From positions 9,869,457 through 9,933,456 of the forward strand of contig NC_057751.1 of NCBI RefSeq assembly GCF_004010195.1: 64,000 nucleotides of DNA, given 5' to 3'. The DNA comes from Chiloscyllium plagiosum (Eukaryota). Positions 35,095 through 48,050 of the stretch are shown here, piece by piece. The position numbers and the translations under genes are program-made. Every line of letters starts with the position of its first letter. Position 1 is the first letter of the stretch. The notes below the pieces were generated by a model. It was given only the letters and a program-made list of their open reading frames with translations, did no database searches and had not been told where the DNA came from.

Positions 35095-36480
35095 ATGAAA
35101 GCGATTTGTGAATTTGATGTACTTAAATTTCCAGAAGACATTTGACAAGGTGCCAAATCAAAAGGTCACTCTATAAAATAAAAACTCATTGTGTTGGAGG
35201 TGACATATTCATGAATACAAGATTGGCTTGTTAACAGAAAACAGCACAATTGGATCATTTCAGATTGGCAAAATATGAAAAATAGGTTGTCAGAGGCATC
35301 AGTGCTGGGGTTTCAACTATTTTCAATCTGTATCAATGAACTGGTTAAAGGGACTGAATGTCTGCTTGTTAAATGTATTGATGACAAAATGATAGGAAAG
35401 TAAGTTGTGAAGAAGACATAAGGAGACTGTAAAAGGATATGGATTGGTGAATTAAACAGGCAAAGATGGAAGGAATATAACTTGTCTCATTTAGCAGAAA
35501 GATTAGAAAAGCAGTATATTATTAAAGTGGTGAAAATGGAATGTTAGATTAGATTACTTACAGTGAGGAAATAGGCCCTTCGGCCCAACAAGTCCACACT
35601 GACCCTCCGAAGAGCAACCCACCCAGACCCATTCCCCGACATTTACCCCTTCACCCAACGCTACGGGCAATCTAGCATAGCCAATTCACCTAACCTGCAC
35701 ATTTTTTTGGGGAGGAAACCGGAGCACCCGGAGGAAACCCACGCAGACACAGGGAGAATGTGCAAACTCCACACAGACAGTTGCCTGAGGTGGAAATTGA
35801 ACCTGAGTCTCTGGCGCTGTGAGGCAGCAGTGCTAACCACTGTTATGAATCTTGCAGGAGAAATTGAATATGAAACAAACAATCTTTTGCTCCTGTTACT
35901 CAGGATATTGGTGAGTCATCATCTTGCCCTGTTTTGGACTCCTTATCGAAGGACATTATTTCATGAAAAAGTCAGAGAAGATTCACTTGACAGCTTCCTC
36001 TGTTAAGAGGCTTTCTTACTTGATTATTTCACCTATTTTTCCAACCTACCTGTCTCAGAGATGTTATGACACGCATCTGGTGTAGGTAAGACTTGAACCT
36101 GGTTTCTTGGTTCAGGGGATGGGGACACTACCCCTGCACCACAAGAGGGTAGAGTTGGATTGGTTGCACCTGTATTCAATGGGATTTAGAAGAGGTGAAT
36201 TTGAAGAATCTGAGAGGACTTGACGGAGGATGCTGGTAGGATGTTTCCTCTTGCAGGAGAGACTGAAACAGGGGACACCATTTAGAAATAAGGTGGCACC
36301 ATTTCAAATGGAGATCTCTGGTTTATTCAAGAATATGAGAAATCATCTTGTCCAGAGAGTGGTGGAGGTGTGGTCATGGAATATTTTAAAGGCATAGACT
36401 TTTGATTAACAAAGGAGTCAAAGGGTATCAGGGATTGAGAGTAAAATGTGTAGAAACCATGGTCAGATCAGCCATGCATC
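35095..36480 (+). mobile_element. Old CR1 RT/3' relic
   Basis: Decayed DVLKFQK-FDKVP, SVLG and RGHH-RI-G motifs; interrupted by SINEs. Confidence 0.7.
35544..35843 (-). mobile_element. HE1 (V-SINE)
   Basis: TTAGATTAGATTACTTACAG tail, V-core and tRNA head on the minus strand. Confidence 0.92.
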
Positions 36481-36592
36481 CTGAAAATGTCAGCATGATA
36501 GCGTAAGGCTCAGTCTGACATTGTACTTCATGTTTCAGGTGACAAGCAGGTTAAAACAATTTCTTATTGATTTATTTTTGTTTTTTTTGAAG

Positions 36593-36826
36593 TGACACAG
36601 GGGACCAGAAGCAGATCTATAATGTCCTGACAAAACTAGGTGTGTTGCCATCCAAAGCAGACTGCGATATTGTCCATTTGGTATGTGAGAGTGTTTCAAC
36701 ACGGGCAGCACATATATGTGCTGCTGGATTAGCAGGTGTTATAAACCGAATGTGGGAGAACAAGCACAAGGAAACAATGAAGATTACAGTTGGAATTGAT
36801 GGATCTGTTTACAAGTTTCATCCTCA
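36593..36826 (+). CDS. GCK: Glucokinase exon 9, [77 protein letters not shown](H)
   Basis: poly-T tract and gaag| acceptor, CA|gtaagt donor, 234 bp; C371 and the adenosine motif DGSVYK. Confidence 0.97.
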
Positions 36827-38066
36827 GTAAGTGTTCATCTGAGAGAATAGTGATCTTTTAGAGTTGTTGTGAACTCTCTGTTCTTCAAGGTGTGTTGACT
36901 GTGTTGACAGCAATCCAGCATGTGCAGCTTGGTATCAGGGGAGTAATGATGCAGCCCATATCTTCCAATGGCATGGTCTGTAATTGTTGCAAGTTTCTCA
37001 GATAGTAAAACTTGCCTATCGATTCTAGAACTGCTCTTAATACTTGGTTAAAGATGTGAAATAATATTGCATGTTGTGTTATGCCTTCTTTGTCATTGAA
37101 ATACATCTGTACCACTTGAGACAGTGATAAGTTTATTGATTCACTTCATTTTCATTGACAAGCAAAATTCTGAAACACTCAGACCATCTGTACAAGAGAA
37201 TATGTTAGCCCTGTGAACATGACATTCATCTTAGACTCTTTTGGTTAATTGTTTTCTTCCTGCTTCACATCTTACAAAGCACCCACTTCTGTTTTTCTCT
37301 CTTTTTTCACATAGTTTTCTAGAGATGATAGGCCTTATACCCTTTTCATGCCAGACTGTTACAAGCTATTTATTGCTCCCATAACCATCTCCTTGCTTTA
37401 ATCAGTCCTTTGGAATATGTGTCCAAGGCAACTCCTGCGTTCACGCTTTACTGCAGCATTGAGAAAGCTTGTTGACAGAATGGCAGCAGGGCTTTCAAAG
37501 ACTCTCTCTTTTGACTTCTGGTGTCAGGAATATGATCTTAGAGTGCTGTGTACCTTTGTGAATAGATGGTACATTTTTAAAGAGCATGGAGATTTTTTGT
37601 AAGAGTGAGTTGTTTTTCCCAGATGGCGGGCTAGCTTTTACTTCAGATGGCAGTTTGCTCTCTCTGTCCAGTTGCCCCCTTCTTTATACCCATGGTGACA
37701 ACAGCATTGGTCCGATGTTGTCAGAACCATCTGATTTAAATTCAGTTGGCTTTTTTGTTTCTCAGTGCTTGGTTTAAATTAATTAGATGATTTCAAGCTA
37801 GTTCCAAAATATCAAAACAAGCCTAAGGTTTCTGATCACACAGCCAATAGATACATGTTTGAATTTTAGAACTGTCTGTACATCTGCAGCTGCTTGCAGG
37901 TATTTTCTGGTTTAAATCTCCAAGTTTAAAAAAACTTACTATCTCTTAAAGGAACCATGCACTCTTGCCCTGCTCTCATTTTTACAAACAAATTCTGGCT
38001 TCCTACTTTCCACTTCACAAGTACTCTACACAACTTCATAACAAGTGTAAGATGTTGTGTGCCAGA

Positions 38067-38636
38067 TGTGATATAATTGGTCAAACTACTTGGCTTTAAA
38101 ATAAATCCCCTTTATTCTTTTTCCATTTTTAAAATACAAACAAAGAAGCAGAGTTGGAATAACTTGAATTCTATTGAAATACACAACAAAATAATATTAT
38201 TTAATGACTACTCTCAACGATTCCCATACAGAAGCATCTCATAAACAACCCTTGGCAAAAGCAAGTTCAGCAAATCAGATTTTCCCTCACTTGCTGTCTC
38301 CTCCAGTCTTGGAAAAGGAACACTGAGATAATGAATCTAGCGGGAGAGAAAGCACTCAAGGTTTTGCATCAGCAGAGAGAGGAGAGTTGTATCTGTCAGC
38401 TTCAACTCCAAAACCCCCAACTTCAACAACTGAAAGTAAAACTGAAACCCTGGGTCTGTATGAGCCTGAGTCCACCCGACTCCACCCACTCATGTTTCTT
38501 TCGTCTCATTTTTTAAAAACCAAAGCTTTTTATTCTGCTTTTTCCACGGAGCAGATACCTCAGCACTACGTTTACAACACCCTTCTTCAAAAAAAAGGAG
38601 AGAACAAATCCCATAATAAAGGTCCATATTGTCACA
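38067..38636. mobile_element. LTR-like interspersed repeat (TGTGA...TCACA), related to 58620-59120
   Basis: TG...CA ends; shares CTTGGCTTTAAA, CCCTTGGCA and AACT..AAACC blocks with the element in MYL7 intron 4. Confidence 0.5.
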
Positions 38637-39511
38637 CTGTTGAAATTCAGCAGGTCTGGCAGCATCTGTGAGAGGAAAGCAGAAATAACATTATGAGTCA
38701 TCATAAAACTCTATACTTCTACAGATCCTGACTTTTAACAACACTGTAAAATATATGAGAGCAAATCAGCAAGTGTGTGGAATCACCATCTGTCCTTTTG
38801 TATTTTCAGATCTTTAAAATTATATTTTTGAAGGTTGCAGGTTTTCTGTTTTTGTGCTGCTGATCTCTATTTGTTATTCATAAATTGTTGCCATTTCCCG
38901 TGCCAAAACCCAGGACCCCAGTGTGGAGCTTATCACCCTGAGGGCAGAAATGTGCATTACTGAACTTGACTTTGATAGTGAAGAGCTGTCTTTCTGAGCA
39001 GTGAATAATCCTCCATTAGAATTGCATAGTTTTATAAAGTACTCAGGTGGGTGTGGCTAATCTCACCCATGGTGGGCTCTTGATCTTAGAAGGACATGGA
39101 GAGAATCAGCACACCCTCAGTTGTAAGGAATATTGGTACGCTCAAAGTAAGGACTGGACTAAACCTATTTTGTTAAGTTCTCCGGTGCCATAAACAAAAA
39201 GGCAGTGTCAACATTACTAAAGGACCTATTTCACATGTCAGAAAGAGATTTTTCTCCCTCTGTCGAGGTTGAATTTGAACGCAGAATTTTACAGAATTTA
39301 GTCCTCCTCCTCAGAGAGAATAGAGCCTCAACCTTTCTGACTGGATTTCTAATCTAATCTAGATTTTAGCTGAATAAAAATCATTGTTAGGGTGTCTTTA
39401 GGTGTGCCCAGTACTTTCCCACAAACGTCAAATTCACAGTTTCATGCTGAGGGTTTTATTTTCCCTGCACTATTAACCACACTTTCTTCTTTCACTATTT
39501 TCCCCCCTTAG

Positions 39512-39644
39512 CTTCAAACATAGGTTTCACAAAATGGTGAAAGAACTTGCACCTCCCTGTGACATCACTTTTCTACAGTCTGATGAAGGCAGTGGTCGAG
39601 GTGCAGCATTAATCTCCGCAGTTGCAAGAAGGATGGCCAGCTGA
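39512..39644 (+). CDS. GCK: Glucokinase exon 10 coding part, [43 protein letters not shown]
   Basis: ccttag| acceptor, EGSGRGAAL motif, TGA at 39642-39644; total protein 461 aa. Confidence 0.97.
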
Positions 39645-40387
39645 TTGACCAGTAACATTGGAAATCTTGAATAATTTAACCGAAGTTAAATGATAAATTT
39701 CAGAATCCCTTTGGTGATTCTGCAGTATTTTCTGATAAACTGAAAATTATGACTTCTATATGGATCGCTGGTGAAAATACTTCAGTCCGTCCACTTATGA
39801 TAAAAGCATGGCATGTAATGTCCCTTGGAAAACTTGTAATAAGCTGCAGATGGAAAACCCAAGCTCTAGTTTCAAAATATGTTTCAACAAGTTACTCACT
39901 CTGCTGTCAGTAAGGTTCGTGTTCTGGACAAAGTCCAACTCCCCCAATAGATCTCCTCGTATTCGGAATGTTTTCATCAACCTGAAGCATGACTTCAAGA
40001 ATTTGTGTTGAAAATCACTTGTTTTTTTTCCTTGTATTTTCACTAAACTGAGGCAATACAGGTTAGATTAGTGCCGCAGATAAAATTTGAGTGATTGCTA
40101 TCTATTAATTGATGCAAGGTTGCAGGTCACTTTCTTGAACTCTGACTTTCCTGTTTTTCTTTTTCATATTTTCTTGTTACTTGCACAAGTTGTGGAGCTG
40201 CAGGCTTAGCCCTTTGTAGAATGATTTCAATGCCTAGTGATTACCAGCCTTTGCAATGTTAAAAACTACATAATATCAATCTTCTGAATAATTAATGTCA
40301 TCAAGTGTTCATTTTCTTTTGATTTTATAGATTGTTAATTCTGTGGCAAGGTCTGTTCATAAAACAAAGCTTTTTTTTCAGAAGTCC

Positions 40388-40393
40388 AATAAA
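40388..40393 (+). terminator. Candidate GCK polyadenylation signal AATAAA (further candidates near 41279-41312)
   Basis: AATAAA about 740 bp after the GCK stop. The real 3' end cannot be determined without transcript data. Confidence 0.35.
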
Positions 40394-42653
40394 AAGCATG
40401 TTGTACAAAGTTTTATGACAAAGAATTCTGTTGGGATATTAACCGTCGAAATTAACATCTTTTCCCTGAAGCCTGCGCTTATTCTTGTGACCTTGGTTTC
40501 CATATTACCAGATAAACCTTTGAAAGCCATGTTTGAATTGAACTGGCAATCATACATGAGTCGATGCTGGTGATAGATATTCTTAATCGATCTGTTCAAA
40601 CATGATGTAACAGAATTCTGGAGCAGGTGGGACTTGAAGTCAGATATTTTGGCCCAGAGGTGGGGACACTACCAATGTGCCACACTCCTCAATGAAAGGA
40701 GCTGATCGCAGCTCCTGACTGCATTATACTTTAAAGGTAATTTCTCTGAAGGAACAAATCTTCATGTTTCGCAACTATTCAGAAAGTTGCTGCAGAGTGC
40801 ACCACCTCAATGAATTCATACACTGGAGAAATTAGCAGCAAACTGTTGTAATTTGTTCTTAAAAAAAAGTTGATTTACAGAGTTAGGGTTACATGACTTT
40901 CAAGGAAGTCAATGCAGAAAAAAAATTCAATTTTTAATTATTTTACTTGGCTTTTTTTCAGGCCCCAGCAGTTTGGATAAATTGAAGAATTTATCCAAAA
41001 TTAGATTATTCTGATTTTTATTGTTCAAACACCATTTAATTAATATTCAGTATGTAATGTTACTGCAGCCAAAATTAATTTTTAATCTTCATTTTAATTC
41101 TTCTTAATGCAAACCATTTGTAATTACAAATCTCAGATGTGTACAGCTGAAAATATTCCTTGTTATGTTTTGCAATGACTGTAACACTTCCATTGCTCTG
41201 TCCGATGACAACCAAAGAATATAAATACAGTGTAATTCATTTTACCTTTTAAAATATTATGATAGCTGAAGTACAAAAAATAAATACTGCTGTGTGAAAA
41301 ATAAAGAATAAATATTCAACTTAAGCAGTGTTTTCTGTCTGATTTGATCTCTTCCCATGTTGGGAATTTTATGTTTTATGGTAAATCTGGCTTGTATCCA
41401 GTTGCTGAACTGCACAGTCTGAATCATGGAGCAACTCTGAGGATGAGCAGAAGTTCTCACAGGTTGAACAAAAAAGGTTTGGACAAATATCTACTCTTCC
41501 AAATAAAAAAGAATACTTTTGAGCTCATTATTTCTTGAACTGTCAGCAGTAAGTCTTTAATTAAGCAGGATTCAGATTTTTCTTGAATCTTGCCTGACTC
41601 CATTATAGAGTAATTGATAGAAATTTATTGTTATTGTGAACTAGCATGAATCTTCTGTCATGTCAGAGGTTGATCAATGACACACCTCCTGATTCTTGAC
41701 CGATTGTTTCCAACAACTCCTATACTGTGTACTTGATAAGACAGCAGTGACTAAGAATGTTAACTGTTTAATCATCTGTTCCAGAATTATGCTCACTTTT
41801 CAATGAATCATGTCCTGATCCCTAGTTCCTCAACTCATTTCAGCTGTTGATGTTGTCCAGTGTCAACATTTCTGCCTGATATTTGTCTGAACTTTTCCTT
41901 TCATTACACTGAATGTGCACTGTCTGGAATACGGGCACAATGCTGTCGATGAAAACATATGCTGCAGCTGGCAAAGTGGCAAGAAGTCAGTGCAGTGCTG
42001 AGATACAATATTCCTCACCAAGAGTGCAGTGCAAAAGATCGTTTACAATATATAACTGCAAAATAAAGATACTGTCTGTTCTGAATATTTTTAAGTCCTC
42101 AGCTTTATCACAATTCTTGCTTTGGCATCTGAATGTTCAAAGTAATTTTAAAAAAGCTTTATATCGGGCTGAAGGAGGTGAAGAAATCCAGATTTACAAA
42201 ACAGTATCGCAGGACTTTTAATGTTCCACTGTATCTTCAGTCAGGTCTCAACTTTGACATCTGATCCAAAAGGTGACTCCTTCAGTAAGTAGTATTCCTT
42301 AAGTCCTGCATGGGATTTCCAACTTAGGTTATGTGCTGAAGACCTGAAGATTCCCTTGAATCCCCAAATCTGACTGATAAGCACCTGGGTTGTGATGGGA
42401 AGAAGACAGAAGCTGGTTGTTCCTGTTGTGCTGGCATACGTTCATCAATATATTCTAAAGGACAAGAAAAATCTCAAAATCTCTTTAAGTTGACACCAGT
42501 GACAGAGCAGATCATTAGTTGTCATTGGTTTAAATTGACTACCAACCAAATGGGGACCCAATGACTACATAAGTGAGGCCCCAGTAGAGTGGGTGTTGCA
42601 TGTGAACAATGCACACAAGGAATTATGTTGGCTTCAAGGATGAATGTCACTTT

Positions 42654-42813
42654 GGAATGTCAGCCCTCTTTACACTATCTGGACTTTAGAGAAGGAATTT
42701 GCTTTATCACAGATGCTGTGACAGTCTGACACTGGGTTGCATATTTCCATGTAAGGTTTATCCTTCAGTGTGCATCTGTTTTTAGGCATAGAAGAGATAA
42801 AGAGAACTATAAA
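42654..42813 (+). promoter_or_regulatory. MYL7 proximal cardiac promoter (M-CAT, GATA, CArG-like, E-box, MEF2-like, TATA)
   Basis: GGAATGT 42654-42660, CCATGTAAGG 42747-42756, TTATC 42758-42762, CATCTG 42773-42778, CTGTTTTTAG 42776-42785, AGATAA 42795-42800, TATAAA 42808-42813 (58 bp before the ATG). Confidence 0.7.
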
Positions 42814-42865
42814 GACTGATACAACTTGGCCAATTGGTGTTTGTTTCTAATAGCAGCTCCACAAA

Positions 42866-42868
42866 ATG
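42866..42868 (+). CDS. MYL7: MYL7 coding exon 1 (ATG only)
   Basis: acaaaATG|gtaagt: A at -3 and a consensus donor. MLC2-family genes have an ATG-only first coding exon, and a TATA box lies upstream. Confidence 0.85.
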
Positions 42869-44027
42869 GTAAGTAATCAAAAATCTTTCTGATTTCTATA
42901 TATATATGTTAGTCCATTGTTTTCTTAGTGTGGTATAAATTATCAAGATCAAATAAAGTTAAAAAATATTTGAAATAGGTCACTTCATGCTAAACGTTTT
43001 TGCCTTCCTTGATAATTTATTTCTGCCTCTCTTGCTCTTAATTTTTCCAAAAAGGTAGAACTTTAATTCTTCCTTTTGTTTCAACCTTAACTAAAGATTA
43101 ACATTTTCAAGCTAAATAAGCTCGAAGCAAACTTTTGCTATAGTGGTGAGTTCTAAAGTTGTTAATGATTTTACAGGATAATACTTGACTATTAGGAATC
43201 TTATTTCAATCAAATAAGTTGTTTTGTGGGAATGGTTGCAGAATAGCCATTTTTTAGTTTCAGTGATCTCACAAATTGTGAAAACCAGTTTAGACAGGTC
43301 ACAAAAACAATGACACAACTGAGTTTAATTACTTCAGAGGATCATATTGTCAATGTGGAAGAATGTTCACGTTTAATGAAAGTTGAAAATTTTTGAAGTC
43401 ATCACTGTAAATTAACAGAAAAATTCAACTGATATTATTTCTTGCCTCTTATAAGAGTTTATATTATCTCTTTGATTTTAAATATTGACTCCAAACATCT
43501 TTTGGGATGCATTCTTTTGTCCACTGAAATGGGAAAAAACTGTGTTTTAATTGTTAACAATGGATGTGCTTAGCAGCCTTCACAAGTCTGTCAGAAATTC
43601 GGTAATTATTATTGAGCCCTATTTGTGTCTAGCTTCCTCAATGCACAGTAAGTCTTCATTGTAATTGACATCGATATTTTTAAATGCTCTCTTTTTGCAT
43701 TATTGCTTTAAAGCTTGGTTGTTTTCTCTCAATAACCTCAGTGACAGGATGGGATTTGTGGCCACCAAGAATATTGTTGAGAAGTCTAAGTAGTCATGAT
43801 TTGTTTGTAGACTTGCCAGAATTAAACACTGATACCTTCAGGGAAGCAAAGTGGAGACTACACTAAATCCTTGTGGTGTTGAAGCATTGACAACAAGGGT
43901 CAATAATATAATTTTTCACTCACTTTGCAGAAGCACATTTAGCTCTTTCAATCCTACAACCTTTAGAGGTCACTCCACTCCAACAATTCTTCCCTCATCT
44001 GCAGAACTGACTTCAATGGATCTGATG

Positions 44028-44246
44028 TAGAGATGCTGATGTTGGACTGGGGTGGACAAAGTCAGGAATCACACACACACACACACTCTCCAGGTTATAG
44101 TTCAACAAGTTTTTTAAAATCACAAGCTTTCAGAGCACTGCACCTTTGTCAGGTGACTTCACTTGACAAAGGTGCAGCTTTCCAAATGCTTGTGATTTGA
44201 AATAGACATGTTGGATTGTAACTGAGTGTTGTGTGATTTCTGACTT
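44028..44246. mobile_element. Fold-back Penelope-like element, same family as 25229-25395, older
   Basis: AGATGCTGATGTTGGACTGGGGTG start; inverted arms around CACCTTTGTCAGGTGA / TCACTTGACAAAGGTG; internal (CA)n. Confidence 0.7.
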
Positions 44247-45981
44247 CAATTGTTCCACCATTAGTGCATGTCTTCAGCTCTCTAGGTCCTTTGATCATTA
44301 TTTCTCAGGCCTCTCTGCATCTCTACATCTCCTCCTTTAAAATGATCCTTAACACCTACCTTGAAAACAAAGTATTCATTCTTCTGTCATCACTTAGTGT
44401 TATGTGGCCCAGTGTCAGCCTCTCTTTGATAAAGATCCGTAAAAGCATTTTGGCTGCAATGGAAATTTGTAGTGATTTTATTATTAATTCTTGGAATGTG
44501 GTGTTGCTGGCCAGATCTGTACCTCATTGTCCAGAGGGCAGTTAAGAGTCAACCATATTGTTATGGATTTGGAGCAACATGTCACACAGACCATGTAAGG
44601 GCAGAAAAGTTTCTTCCTGAAATGACATGAGTGAACCAAATGGGTTTTTACAACAATCAACTTTGGGTTTTATTCCAGTTTTTAAAAATTTAATTCAAAT
44701 TCCACCATTTTCTGTGGTGGGATTTGGATCCATACCCTCAAAATATTGCACAATATACAATACAGGAACAGGCCCTTCAGCCCACCAAGCGTGCGCCAAT
44801 TCCTAATCCTTACTTATTTCCCACGCACAGTTTCTATCACTCTGTTTGCCTGCAATTCATGTACCTATCAAGAAATGCCATAAACATTGCTAATGTGCCT
44901 GCTTCCACCACCTCTACTGGCAGTGTGTTCCAGGCACCACTATCCTCCATGTGGAAAATTCTCTCTGCACTTCTCCTGATAAACTTGTAGTTGATCTTTT
45001 CGCCCTGGGCAAAAGCATCTGGCTATCTTCCCTATCTATGTCTCTCATAACTTTTACCTGATGCTATGGATTCTGAATCCAGTGACTTGATCACTGTGAT
45101 ACCACCTCCCCAAGCAGAGTGCTGTTCCTGATGTAGAAATGCTGATTTTATTCCCATAAGAAACTGGGCATGAATATCATAGTATTGAAGAATCCAAAAG
45201 ATATTTATTACTATTGAATATTTTACACAAATCTAACATTCCTCAAATATGGAACAGTCTGAACTAAGATGAAGCTTTTTTTTAACACAGAGGAGAATGC
45301 TTCCAGTCGAGTATGTTACTTCCAATGATCTGAGGTAAAATGCAGTGGGAGATCTTTATATCCTCAGCAGTGACAAGATCTTAAAAATATTGCCAGACTC
45401 ACCCATGAGACACAACATGACAGTTGTGACAACAGTTTTGTCATTTTGAGAGTTCAATCATTTGTATTTGTACAGTGATTGTAATATCTTAATTTTACTT
45501 TAGTAACTAATACAGGTATTTCATCTGATTTTTAAGAACAAAACTGAGAGTTTTTTTTGATTTACATATTAAAATATAAACACTTCGACTCTCATGACTA
45601 TTGATAAATTCTTCACATCTTATGTGAACAGTACATTTACACTCAGAAAAATTAAACATCTGAAAGGCAGATGGTAAGTCGTCCTTAAAAAAAAACCCAA
45701 TGAGAGATAAATTAATGTTATACAAAAAAAAAGATGCTTGGCAATCTGATGCAGAATTTTTAGATGATATTATGTTTGAAAACATTATCTGGTTTCAATA
45801 CAATTGAGACTATTATCTCAGATAATGTAGTGAACTGGAGTGATTGACAAAATTTTATGCAGCATAACAAAGACTGACAGTGACTTACAGATCTCGACAA
45901 TGATTACACTTTGGCTTGGCAAAATGCAGAACAATGGATACCAACTGTTTGTGAATGAAAGGAAGGAATATCTGTAACTGT

Positions 45982-46186
45982 AGTCGAGGGTGTTGTGCTG
46001 GAAAAGCACAGCAGGTCAGGCAGCATCCGAGGAGCAGGAGAATCGACGTTTTGGTCATAAGCTCTTCATCACTATGATAATGAAACATCGATTCTCCTGC
46101 TCCTCAGATGCTGCCTGACCTGCTGTGCTTTTCCAGCACAACACCCTCGACTCTGATCTCCAGCATCTGCAGTCCTCACTTTCTCC
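45982..46186. mobile_element. Penelope-derived fold-back element with a 70-bp stem and TSD
   Basis: 45982-46051 pairs with 46083-46152 (2 mismatches); flanks ATATCTGTAACTGT / ATATCTGTAATTAT. Confidence 0.88.
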
Positions 46187-46507
46187 ATATCTGTAATTAT
46201 ACCCAAATTCCGTGACCAATCGATGGATCAAAGAGAAGTAAATGATATTTGGATTTACCGGAACAAACTAAATTGGTGGACTCAGGATTGCTTGATAGAT
46301 CTTAATACAGTTAAGGAGAGTGGAATGTAAATAGGACAGAAAAAAAGATGTACATGCAATTCAATGGTATCCAGTACCCCAAAAATATGATTATTAATAT
46401 TTGTGCCATACTAGTCGGACAATGCTGTCAACAACAATCTTTCTTGAATAAGGGATTCATCATGACAGACTTTGAGTATGAGCTGAAACAGGTTGTTGTG
46501 ACTTGAA

Positions 46508-46850
46508 TGGCATGGTGACTCAGTGGTTAGCACTGCTGCCTCACAGTCCCAGGGATCCGAGATTTATTGGAGCCTCGGGCGACTGTATGGTGTTTGCATG
46601 TTCTCCCAGTTTCCTCCAGGTGCTCCCATTTCCTTCCACAGTCCAAAAATATGCAGGTTCGTTGGATTGACAATGCTAAATTACCCGTAGTGTACAGGGA
46701 TGTACAGGCTAGGTGGGGTAGCCATGAGGTTTGCAGGGTGACACGGATAGGGAACGGGGTGGGTATGGGTGGGATGCTCTTCAAAGAGTCACTGTGGCCT
46801 CAATGGGCTGAATGAGCTGCTTCCGCACGATAGGGATTTTGTGATTTCAT
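46508..46850 (+). mobile_element. Older HE1-like V-SINE
   Basis: GGCATGGTGACTCAGTGGTTAGCACTGCTGCCTCACAG head and decayed V-core. Confidence 0.82.
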
Positions 46851-47376
46851 GTGGCTCACTGGTGAAGGCAGATTTGGCATATGGCTCATATTTTGTATGG
46901 ATTGGAGATTGATGAGAACATGGTGACATGTGCATTTTAAGGAAGGGGAGAATTGGCCATGAAGAACAGTTGGCTTATATCGTGTAAAAGTGGAAGGATG
47001 GCTGATCTTGAAATGGTATCTCTGCAGATTTTTCTCTTAAGATTTCAATGGGTGGAGAAAGTTTGTGAAGTGTTGTTCAAGTGAATTGTATATCAGTTAA
47101 GATGAGGACGGAGAGAATTGCAAATGCCAGACAGCATTTTCTTGATCTAAACTTTGTTTAAATTGATACAGCAGCAGATAGAACCCATCTTAATATCTGT
47201 TCCATTCATTTGTTTTAATCATGATAGATTCTGCTTTCTCTTCTCATGAAAATAATGAAGTTCTCAATGATTTGTACCTTATTCCCTGACAAAATAACTA
47301 TAACAGATACATAGACTTCTGGTTTGCTGCTTTGAGATATAATGGTTCCTGTCACATTGTCTTTTGGGGATTTTAG

Positions 47377-47484
47377 GCAAGTAGGAAAGCAGCTCGAGGG
47401 AAAGCTTCATCCAAACAGAACCAACGAAGCTCATCGAATGTCTTCTCCATGTTTGAACAATCTCAAATTCAAGAGTTCAAGGAG
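47377..47484 (+). CDS. MYL7: MYL7 exon 2, ASRKAARGKASSKQNQRSSSNVFSMFEQSQIQEFKE
   Basis: ttttag| acceptor, GAG|gtgagg donor, 108 bp; MASRKA N-terminus and SSNVFSMFEQ-QIQEFKE typical of MLC2a. Confidence 0.96.
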
Positions 47485-48050
47485 GTGAGGAGTCCATGTA
47501 CTGTACTGTTCGTGATTATTGTTATGATTGAGGCTGTTGTGTCATCCCACGATGCCTTAGGTCACAACATGATATCAAAAGTTGTTACAGTTACTGACAT
47601 GACCCATTAAATTCTGTGTCTATATCATGTTTTAACAAAAAAGATCTGTCAACTAGGATTGAAAATAAACAAGCATGACTGGTATATTGTCAAAGCAAAA
47701 CATATTCTCCAAGATGCAATAATTAGTTGTTGGGAACAGAGAACTGTAATTACTTATCCCTCTAAATATCCCCAAAACACAAATGGAAACATTTTTTGTG
47801 ATAAATGGAAAGAATTGGATTCCTCTGTGAAAATCAGCCTTCTAAAAAAGACCTTATGAACCACCTACCTTTTCAAGACCCTCTCCCCATCTGATTCTAG
47901 CATAAATATGCCACTCATTATTCCTAAATTAACTCAGGTCTCACTGGATAGCTGCTGAAAGATTAGCATGCCTGGTGCTATTTAAAAGCTCTTTGATGAG
48001 CACAGGCATCCCAAAGCTGCCTTGCTCGGTGATGGACAATCATTCTGAAG

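Noticed and set aside
45982-46152. Conserved microRNA precursor
   Set aside because: The stem is made of a multi-copy transposon end with a TSD, and I recognise no mature miRNA in it.
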